Origin: a virus
Lineage: Duplodnaviria > Heunggongvirae > Uroviricota > Caudoviricetes
DNA: 32,876 nucleotides
Virus record (IMG/VR): IMGVR_UViG_3300047163_000032
Span: 1-32,876 of that record
Reading direction: 5' to 3' (one strand)
The position numbers and the translations under genes were made by a program. Of this stretch, positions 8,645 to 15,598 are shown piece after piece; within the stretch, counting starts at the first letter, position 1, and each line of letters opens with the position of its first letter. The notes under the pieces were generated by a model that worked only from the letters and a program-made list of their open reading frames with translations, was not told the DNA's origin and searched no databases.

Positions 8645-8854
8645 ATGATAAGATGGCTTTATCGTCTCCGCGACGGTGCTTGGGATTGGTCTCCCGAGAA
8701 GTGGCGGAAGCTGGTTATTTCCATCGGCCCCGATGGTTTCCTCCCGGCTTCCGCTGCGACATACTCACTCGAAACTAACCACTGTCAAAGCAACTCAATT
8801 GGTAGTAATATTCGGCCTATTCGCGTGGAGGCAATTGACCAATGGAAGACCTAG
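8645..8854 (+). CDS. Possible small hypothetical protein
   Basis: GGAGG RBS; no recognisable motif; overlaps a strong hairpin. Confidence 0.35.
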   Translation: MIRWLYRLRDGAWDWSPEKWRKLVISIGPDGFLPASAATYSLETNHCQSNSIGSNIRPIRVEAIDQWKT

Positions 8855-9339
8855 TGTTGACTGCGCCAGAACCTCAAGACCGGCGTGCGGCGTTTGTAGA
8901 AGACCTGAAGAGATACTGGGATTTCGTGAACCGCAACAATCCAACTGTCGGATTTCAGTACGGTGCAATTGATGGCCGAGCGGTCAGAACCTTCTTGAAG
9001 AACTGGCCAGACATGGATCAAGAGACATGGAGAAAATGTCTCAGTAACCGCGCCAAGAGCGTCATGAACCCAGCCGAGCAGTTCTGCTACTGGATACCCA
9101 AATTGCCCAGCTATCTTGCAGGCCCACTTGACCAATTTGGGAGACTCAAAGACCAAGGAGGAAATAAGCACAGTGACCACGAAAGCCTTGCAGAAAAAAA
9201 CCGCAGCAATCTCCAAGAGTTCGTCGGTGGAGGACGAAGAGAAGAAAGCGTTGCTGGCAGAGTTCCTGCGCCAAGTGTGCTTGGTGGCAAACAGGCCGGT
9301 CTCGAAAGAACTCGCGGAATGCTACTGGGCGCAGATTAA
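8842..9339 (+). CDS. Hypothetical protein, possibly replication-initiator-like
   Basis: GGAGG RBS. The function is suggested only by position upstream of a loader-like gene and dnaB. Confidence 0.5.
   Translation: MEDLVLTAPEPQDRRAAFVEDLKRYWDFVNRNNPTVGFQYGAIDGRAVRTFLKNWPDMDQETWRKCLSNRAKSVMNPAEQFCYWIPKLPSYLAGPLDQFGRLKDQGGNKHSDHESLAEKNRSNLQEFVGGGRREESVAGRVPAPSVLGGKQAGLERTRGMLLGAD
8939..8953. repeat. 15-bp palindromic site, copy 3
   Basis: ATCCAACTGTCGGAT, inside 8842-9339. Confidence 0.8.
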
Positions 9340-9448
9340 GAGTTTTCCTACTAGGCAAATAGCGAAGGGTTTGGATGAGTGTTTAGCAACGACAGATAAG
9401 TGGCCTTGGCCGTCTGAGGTCGCAAGTTATATCGAGGAGGCAATCTGA
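9173..9448 (+). CDS. Putative helicase loader/inhibitor-like small protein
   Basis: GTG at 9173 after AGACCAAGGAGGA; YWAQIKSF....IAKGLDECL...KWPWPSEV resembles G39P-like loader patterns. Confidence 0.5.
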   Translation: MTTKALQKKTAAISKSSSVEDEEKKALLAEFLRQVCLVANRPVSKELAECYWAQIKSFPTRQIAKGLDECLATTDKWPWPSEVASYIEEAI

Positions 9449-10203
9449 TGGGACAGGTAACGGGAATTAGTTGGACGGATCATACTTTCAATCCGTGGTG
9501 GGGCTGCACTAAAGTCTCTTCAGGATGCGACAACTGCTACGCCGATACATTTGACAAGCGGACAGGCGGAGCGCATTGGGGCAAAGGTGTACCCCGTAGA
9601 GAGTTTGGCGACAAGCATTGGAATGAGCCGTTGAAGTGGAATCGCGAAGCCGAGAAACAAGGCGTTAAGCATAAAGTATTCTGCGCTTCAATGGCAGACG
9701 TGATGGACGACGAGGCTCCGATTGGCACACGAGAGCGGCTGTGGGGATTAATCGACGATACTCCTTGGCTGACGTGGCAGTTGCTTACCAAAAGACCGCA
9801 TCGGTACGAGCGGTATCTACCAGCGAGGTTCAAGCACAACAACGTTTGGTTTGGCACGTCGGCGGAGAACCAAGAGTTCTATGATGTGCGTTGGCCAATA
9901 CTCGCCGCGATACGGATTCGTTACATGGCCCCCGCATGGATTAGTTACGAACCAGCGCTAGGGCCAATCACACTGCAACATAACGCGCATCGGCTTGACG
10001 TGGGAGTGCCGGACTGGATCATATTCGGTGGAGAATCCGGTGCGGGCCGTAGACCAATGGAGCAATCATGGGCCGATAATCTCAAGGCGGAGTGCGCCGA
10101 GGTTGGCACCAAGTTTTTCATGAAGCAGTTCGGCGCAAGAACTCCGACCGAGGGGAAAAAATTGGTGCCAATCCATCTTCAGGTACAGGAGTTTCCCGCG
10201 TGA
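9448..10203 (+). CDS. DUF5131 (phage Gp37/Gp68) radical-SAM-like protein
   Basis: TGISWTDHTFNPWWGCTKVSSGCDNCYA, VFCASMAD, LLTKRP, SYEPALG, DWIIFGGESG, FFMKQ. Confidence 0.9.
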   Translation: MGQVTGISWTDHTFNPWWGCTKVSSGCDNCYADTFDKRTGGAHWGKGVPRREFGDKHWNEPLKWNREAEKQGVKHKVFCASMADVMDDEAPIGTRERLWGLIDDTPWLTWQLLTKRPHRYERYLPARFKHNNVWFGTSAENQEFYDVRWPILAAIRIRYMAPAWISYEPALGPITLQHNAHRLDVGVPDWIIFGGESGAGRRPMEQSWADNLKAECAEVGTKFFMKQFGARTPTEGKKLVPIHLQVQEFPA

Positions 10204-10436
10204 GCATCCATATCACCAGCATCGTTCCCCCTGAGACCGGCTGGCCGATGGCATATCACTGCCGCTACTGTAAACAGACGGTCATCCTTCACAATCCGTG
10301 GGCTCTAAAACCGCAGGATGGCGACATGTTCATCGTGGAATCCTGCGCCGATGAAAACGAGACGCACCACGGGCTGCGCGAAGCGGTGACCAGACTCAAC
10401 AGGCGCAGATGGCTGGTGGATGACGAAACCGCATGA
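10200..10436 (+). CDS. Small hypothetical protein with a CxxC motif
   Basis: GTGA coupling; YHCRYC. Confidence 0.5.
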   Translation: MSIHITSIVPPETGWPMAYHCRYCKQTVILHNPWALKPQDGDMFIVESCADENETHHGLREAVTRLNRRRWLVDDETA

Positions 10437-11788
10437 ATAACTCGGAAATCTCATACGAGCAAGAACTACCCGCGTCTATCGCCATAGAGAAAGCACTTCT
10501 CGGCAGCATCCTTTTAGACGGCGACCTGCTGTGGCAGGCAGGGGAAGACCTAACAACCACCGACTACGTCTTAGACAGCCACCAGCGCATCTACAGCGCC
10601 ATGCTAAGGATTGCCGAAGATGGCAAGACGATAGACATCCTCACCCTATTGGAAGAGATTGGCCCAGCCGTGCAAAGCGTGGGAGGCGCTTCTTACATTT
10701 TTTCGTTGACGGAGGGGTTGCCAAGAAAGCTGAGTATTGCCGAGTGGGTAAAAATCGTCAAAGAGAAGAGCACGCTTCGCCAGATCATCAAGAAGTGCTC
10801 ACTATTGATGACGCAAGCCTACGATCAAGGCGATCCAATGGAGATACTCTCCCGGATGCAGGGAGACGCCATTGAAATTGCGGCCGAGGGGGGAGCTGAA
10901 TCGGCAGTACATGTGGCGGCGGTCACCCAAGAGGTCATAGACCGCATCGAGCGCCAAATGATCGAGACGACGCAGAATACCGCACTGGGGCTAACAACCG
11001 GGCTTGAACCTTTAGACGTTGCCACAAAAGGCTTGTTCCCTGCGGAGTACAGCATCATCGGAGGAGAATCGGGAGGAGGTAAAACCTCTTTGCTTACACA
11101 GATTCTTGTAGCCAACGCGCTCAAAAGGGTTCCGGTGGGGATGTTCTCAATCGAGATGAAGAAAGCTCAGGTGGTCTCGCGCATGTTTTCATCGGTTAAC
11201 GAGTCGTTTACCGCTTCTCAGATTCGCGATCCAAGGCTCATTAGCCTGTACGACAAGAAAAAGCTAAAATCGGTTCGATCAGCAATAGATTCACTGCCAA
11301 TTTGGATCGATGACACAGCAAGAATTTCCTTGGACAAACTCAAGGCGAGAGCGAGGGCGATGATTCGAAAGCACAACATCAAGTTGCTTGGGGTAGACTA
11401 TTTGCAGTTGATTCTCGCCGCTTTGGGCACTGGCAAGATTTCGCCGGATCAAGTTATCCAAGAGGCGACTTTCGGACTTCGAGACCTAGCCAAAGAGGAA
11501 AATATTCACATCGTCGCGTTATCGCAATACAGCCGCGACACCAGCATAGGTCGAGTAAAGAAGGGCGGTCGGCAGCGGTTGAAAGGGTCGAGCGCCATCG
11601 AGCAGTCCGCGCAAAACATCTTTCTCATTGAGGCGGACGATCCAAAGGACGGCGAAGAAGAGGTGGACGCGCAGATCACCATCGACAAGCAGCGGGAGGG
11701 CGGAAGGAAGAAGATTAAATGCCGTCTTTCTTTCAAGCACTTAACATTCAAACCGGAAGAGGTTGTTCCGCAGGAAGACGAGACATAG
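10433..11788 (+). CDS. dnaB: DnaB-like replicative helicase
   Basis: N-terminal EKALLGSILL...HQRIYSAM; Walker A GESGGGKT; FSIEM; VDYLQLI; ALSQYSR; LKGSSAIEQ; IDKQREG. Confidence 0.92.
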   Translation: MNNSEISYEQELPASIAIEKALLGSILLDGDLLWQAGEDLTTTDYVLDSHQRIYSAMLRIAEDGKTIDILTLLEEIGPAVQSVGGASYIFSLTEGLPRKLSIAEWVKIVKEKSTLRQIIKKCSLLMTQAYDQGDPMEILSRMQGDAIEIAAEGGAESAVHVAAVTQEVIDRIERQMIETTQNTALGLTTGLEPLDVATKGLFPAEYSIIGGESGGGKTSLLTQILVANALKRVPVGMFSIEMKKAQVVSRMFSSVNESFTASQIRDPRLISLYDKKKLKSVRSAIDSLPIWIDDTARISLDKLKARARAMIRKHNIKLLGVDYLQLILAALGTGKISPDQVIQEATFGLRDLAKEENIHIVALSQYSRDTSIGRVKKGGRQRLKGSSAIEQSAQNIFLIEADDPKDGEEEVDAQITIDKQREGGRKKIKCRLSFKHLTFKPEEVVPQEDET

Positions 11789-11798
11789 GATAGAGCCA

Positions 11799-12614
11799 AT
11801 GGAAACGAACATCGAGATACAGCAACAGGAAGAGCAGCCGTTAGTCCCCGATCTACTTGTCGAGGCCGACCGTGTTAAGGCCGAGGTGGTTTCGTGGGAT
11901 AAAGAGGTCATCGAGGGTCTCACAAGTATCAGCAAGGGGTCGATGCGGGCCGGGTGGTTCGGCCACAAGATTCAGGCGGCCAAGAAATTCGGATTGCTCG
12001 GATTCAACACCGAAGACGAATACTGGGAAGAGCGCGGTTTCCGGCGATCCACTTGGTATCGCAACACCAAAATCGCAAGCTGCTTTCAGAAACTTGATCT
12101 TGACGCTTTTTTGGGAATGACGCTCAAGAACGCGGAACTGTTGGTGGATCAGGTTCCAGAAGAGGAACGCCAGAAGACCTACTGGGTAAAGTTCGCCCAA
12201 ACCTTGAAGCACGAGAAATTGTTGGAGAAGGTCAACGCCAAGTACCCAGTCCAACAGTCGGACGACGAGGAAGAGGTCATCGAGACCGCCGAAGACAAGT
12301 TCGGCTACATCAAGATACCCTGCATCAAGGCGCGGCAGCAGGCGGTTCTGGACGGCTTGGAGCAGTTCAAAAACAAGCACAGCCTCAACACCATCGGGCA
12401 GGCTTTGGAGATGCTCATCACCGAGTACACCGATCGGGTGACATTTGTGGGATTTATCTCCGACCAGTTGCCGATCCTTCAGTTTGCACTCAAGAAGGAA
12501 GGCAGCGTGGAAGACGTTGCGGACGCGCTCAGGATGGCCCTACAGAGCCACGTTATCGGCCTGGCGGAGATACTCGCCAACAAAACAGGCAAAGAGCCTG
12601 TAGCGGCTTCCTAG
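11799..12614 (+). CDS. Hypothetical protein
   Basis: ATG at 11799 just after the dnaB stop; long coherent ORF. Confidence 0.65.
   Translation: METNIEIQQQEEQPLVPDLLVEADRVKAEVVSWDKEVIEGLTSISKGSMRAGWFGHKIQAAKKFGLLGFNTEDEYWEERGFRRSTWYRNTKIASCFQKLDLDAFLGMTLKNAELLVDQVPEEERQKTYWVKFAQTLKHEKLLEKVNAKYPVQQSDDEEEVIETAEDKFGYIKIPCIKARQQAVLDGLEQFKNKHSLNTIGQALEMLITEYTDRVTFVGFISDQLPILQFALKKEGSVEDVADALRMALQSHVIGLAEILANKTGKEPVAAS
12249..12263. repeat. 15-bp palindromic site, copy 4
   Basis: GTCCAACAGTCGGAC, inside 11799-12614. Confidence 0.9.
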
Positions 12615-12800
12615 TGCTATTTCCGAAGGGACACGGGCAGGTCTTCCCGGAAGGAACAGCGGAAGAAATCGCTGCGAAGTACGGGGTGACCGCTCGACAA
12701 ATCAAGAACTTTGGGTTGGTGTGTTTTGTCCATTTGAACGAGGATTGCAGGCAGATCGTCGTCAACGACTTCAAACGGTATACGGCTAAGAGGCTGAAAT

Positions 12801-13094
12801 ATGAAACCAGTGTCGCCAGTAGCGCCCGGAAGCGAAGCAGCTGAAGTAATTTTCGCAAAAGATCAGAAGGAATACATCCCGCTCCCTACCCTTCGCCTCA
12901 GCACACCGCAGGTTCCGGTTATCAGTCGGTGGGAGTTGACCAAAGACGAGCGGGCATCCATCGCTTCCGGGGCCGACGTGGTGCTCACTCTCTGGACGTT
13001 CGGCCAACCATTGCAGCCGGTCCTCTTGGAGGTCTGTCAAAAAGACGAGTACCCTCACATGGTTCGGTATCATCTGAGTCAAGAGGGGGAGTAG
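12801..13094 (+). CDS. Hypothetical phage protein
   Basis: FAKDQKEYIPLP...SRWELT..ER...LTLWTFGQPLQPV; coherent ORF. Confidence 0.65.
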   Translation: MKPVSPVAPGSEAAEVIFAKDQKEYIPLPTLRLSTPQVPVISRWELTKDERASIASGADVVLTLWTFGQPLQPVLLEVCQKDEYPHMVRYHLSQEGE

Positions 13095-13487
13095 ATGCTT
13101 CCCCATTTCCCCAAACCGAAGGATGTCAAGCGCCCGAAGGATTGGATCAAAATCTTTCTCGACGGCAGAGAAGTTCTCAACTGTAAGACCGCACAGGGCA
13201 GGGAAGAATACAAACGACGAAAAAGGGTGATGTACGAAAGACAGAACAAGCGGTGCTTTTTAGTCATTACCCCGCAATGCAAAGAAAAGAAAGGCCGATG
13301 GGCGTTCGACCTAATGCAATTCGATCACTGGTTTGGCCGGACAGCGGGAAAACAAGACGATAGAATCGAAAAAGCAGACGAGACCGGAACAATCAAGCCG
13401 ATCAACTGTCTACTGTGCCCGTGGTGCAACTCGTATAAAGGGAGTCGTCCGATTACCGATTTCCCTGTTGACGACTTCGTTCCATAA
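13095..13487 (+). CDS. HNH-type endonuclease-like protein
   Basis: RCF...QC...QFDHW...NCLLCPWCNSYKGS. Confidence 0.7.
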   Translation: MLPHFPKPKDVKRPKDWIKIFLDGREVLNCKTAQGREEYKRRKRVMYERQNKRCFLVITPQCKEKKGRWAFDLMQFDHWFGRTAGKQDDRIEKADETGTIKPINCLLCPWCNSYKGSRPITDFPVDDFVP

Positions 13488-13511
13488 ACTAAACTGAATA
13501 TGGAGGAAACC

Positions 13512-13898
13512 ATGAAATCCCTTGTTCTTGCCGTTCTGCTCTCTGTAACCGCAGTCGTTTCGGGGTGCAGGGCTGTTAATGCGCCTTTGCCAGCCGGAGC
13601 GCCAAATGCGGTAGACGCGACCGCCAACGAAACATTGCAAAGTGCTCACGCCTTCGCTGCGGACATCACGGCAGCGATCCAGTCTACAGACCCGAACGTT
13701 CACATCACCTTGACCCCGGCCCAGATCACAGCGGTCAACAATCTCAACAAGGCGTTGAACATCGCGGATGCCTTGCTCATCAGCTACCACCAATCGCAGT
13801 CCCCGACCGTGGCAACGCAGTTGAATGCGGCAGTCGGCAACGTCCAAACGTCATTGGCTTCGGCGCAGTCCCTAGTCCCAGCAGCAGGAGGTAAGTAA
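13512..13898 (+). CDS. Putative lipoprotein
   Basis: GGAGG RBS; signal MKSLVLAVLLSVTAVVSG-C (lipobox VSGC); Ala/Gln/Asn-rich helical body. Confidence 0.7.
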   Translation: MKSLVLAVLLSVTAVVSGCRAVNAPLPAGAPNAVDATANETLQSAHAFAADITAAIQSTDPNVHITLTPAQITAVNNLNKALNIADALLISYHQSQSPTVATQLNAAVGNVQTSLASAQSLVPAAGGK

Positions 13899-13899
13899 A

Positions 13900-14256
13900 T
13901 TGGGAATCCTTGCGATTGTTCAGTTGTTGCTCCCGGTTCTTACCGGCCTACTCAGTTCCGAGGGCGTAGTGGCTCCGGGGCTCGCCAACCTGATTACCCA
14001 ACTTGCCAGTGCCATCCCGACTCTCGTGGCATCACTTATCAGCGGGAAGGGTGTGACAAGCGATGTGATTGCGGTTTTGACGGCGATCCAGTCAGAGGTC
14101 ACCACGTTGAAGAACAGCACGACGGTCATGACAATTGCTCAGGCCAATCTGATTACCGCCTTTGACAAGGCCATCACCGATGCGTTGAATGCGTATCAAA
14201 ACTCAAAGGTCACGGATGATCCATCGAATTTGACCCCATTGCCAACCAACCTTTAA
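13900..14256 (+). CDS. Hydrophobic helical (membrane-associated) protein
   Basis: GGAGG RBS with TTG start; hydrophobic N-terminal half. Confidence 0.6.
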   Translation: MGILAIVQLLLPVLTGLLSSEGVVAPGLANLITQLASAIPTLVASLISGKGVTSDVIAVLTAIQSEVTTLKNSTTVMTIAQANLITAFDKAITDALNAYQNSKVTDDPSNLTPLPTNL

Positions 14257-14278
14257 GGCGGAAATGGAAAGTGCGGTT

Positions 14279-14315
14279 AGCCCTGAGACTTAAACAATCT
14301 CAGGGCTTTTTGTTT
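14279..14315 (+). terminator. Rho-independent terminator
   Basis: AGCCCTGAGA-9 nt loop-TCTCAGGGCT followed by TTTTGTTT. Confidence 0.85.
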
Positions 14316-14326
14316 GCATAATAGTC

Positions 14327-14356
14327 TTGACACAAGTGTTCGCATAATTAGACAAT
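14327..14356 (+). promoter_or_regulatory. Sigma70-type promoter
   Basis: TTGACA-18 nt-GACAAT directly after the terminator. Confidence 0.55.
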
Positions 14357-14432
14357 GGAAGGTAATGGTTGCAGCCAAAACCATGACCGAAACACGCAAA
14401 TCGCCGATTTAGGTCGAGGTGAAGCTGAAGAG

Positions 14433-14533
14433 ATTCTGCGGCGGCGTGGAAGGATACGCGGGGTGAAGGGCAGACCCCCATAATCAGCCCGAAATGTGAG
14501 ATGGTAGCCGGTTTCGATTCCGGCCCGCAGAAT
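14433..14533 (+). ncRNA. tRNA-like cloverleaf ncRNA (non-canonical)
   Basis: ATTCTGCGG/CCGCAGAAT closing stem, GCGT/ACGC D-like arm, GGGGT/ACCCC arm, GCCGG-TTTCGATT-CCGGC T-like arm. Confidence 0.55.
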
Positions 14534-14587
14534 TTTACGAATTGGACTGAATACCGGCAGTGGTTTGCCGCATAAGGGAAGGAAGAT

Positions 14588-14902
14588 ATGGGAAAAGCAC
14601 GATACACGCCGGGGCCGTGGAAAATAGGCGGAAAGTCAGCGATTTACAGCGCGGATGAAAGATTGTTGGCTTTCTCAATTTACCACAACCGCGAGGCCAA
14701 TCTTCGGCTGATTGCCGCCGCTCCCGACTTGCTTGAGGCGCTGAAATCGTTTCCGATGCTTATGGTTCCCACCAATAACGGGCGGGAACTTAGCTTTCAG
14801 GATTGGCGGGCGTGGATACGCAGCGTTGAGGAGTGGCGGGAGTCGGCACTGGCCGCACTCGCCAAAGCGGAAGGATTCAACCCGGACGAGGTGGGGAGAT
14901 GA
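14588..14902 (+). CDS. Phage 'TPGPW...AAPDLLEAL' family protein, copy 2
   Basis: YTPGPW and NLRLIAAAPDLLEAL. Confidence 0.75.
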   Translation: MGKARYTPGPWKIGGKSAIYSADERLLAFSIYHNREANLRLIAAAPDLLEALKSFPMLMVPTNNGRELSFQDWRAWIRSVEEWRESALAALAKAEGFNPDEVGR

Positions 14903-15567
14903 AAGAGAGGCCGATTCCGTTTACGTCGCCGATGGTTCGGGCGATTTTGGCGGGCGCGAAGACGCAGACGCGGCGGGTGGTGAAGGATCAACCTCCACCA
15001 AATTGCTCGTTTTTAACCCAAGCAAAGACAGGCCAGTACCCTGACAATCGTGCGCGGTGGGGATGGACTGACGGCGCAACCGTTGATTACTCATGGCATC
15101 CATGGATCGGCGATGAACCCGCTTGGCAGACTTGCCCCTACGGTCAGCCCGGAGACCGGCTCTGGGTGCGCGAAGCTGTAGAGCGCTACCCAATCCCAAA
15201 CCTCCTCACAGGCGAGCCGACCAACGATTATGGAGGACGGTATGTCGCAGATGGAGAACCTGTCCTTACCCAAAAGCCAGACATTCCTGGTTTTGATATT
15301 AGGTGGTGGTATTCGCGGAATACCTGCCCTCCAATACACATGCCACGCTGGGCCTCACGCATCACGCTGGAGATCACCGAGGTGCGTGTCCAGCGGTTGC
15401 AGGAGATCAGCGAAGAAGATGCCAAGGCTGAAGGATTTGGTCCTCGTTCAGCCCGCGCATTGTTTTGCGGCATGTGGGATACGATCCACGGCAACGGTGC
15501 GTGGCGTGCCAATCCTTGGATATGGGCGCTGAGTTTGCGCGTACTGGACGCGGCGGAGCGGCTGTGA
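14899..15567 (+). CDS. ASCH/PUA-like phage protein
   Basis: MKERPIPF...MVRAILAGAKTQTRR, CPYGQPGDRLWVRE, PIHMPRWASRITLEITEVRVQRLQEISEEDAKAEG, W.ANPWIW. Confidence 0.75.
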   Translation: MKERPIPFTSPMVRAILAGAKTQTRRVVKDQPPPNCSFLTQAKTGQYPDNRARWGWTDGATVDYSWHPWIGDEPAWQTCPYGQPGDRLWVREAVERYPIPNLLTGEPTNDYGGRYVADGEPVLTQKPDIPGFDIRWWYSRNTCPPIHMPRWASRITLEITEVRVQRLQEISEEDAKAEGFGPRSARALFCGMWDTIHGNGAWRANPWIWALSLRVLDAAERL

Positions 15568-15598
15568 GTCATTGGGCGCTGTACCACGAAGGGAAGCG

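Noticed and set aside
12614-12844. 76-aa ORF after 12614
   Set aside because: No clear RBS and it overlaps the next gene by 44 bp; too uncertain to list.
14433-14533. Call as a canonical tRNA gene
   Set aside because: The loop sizes are wrong, no anticodon can be assigned and there is no CCA; kept only as tRNA-like.
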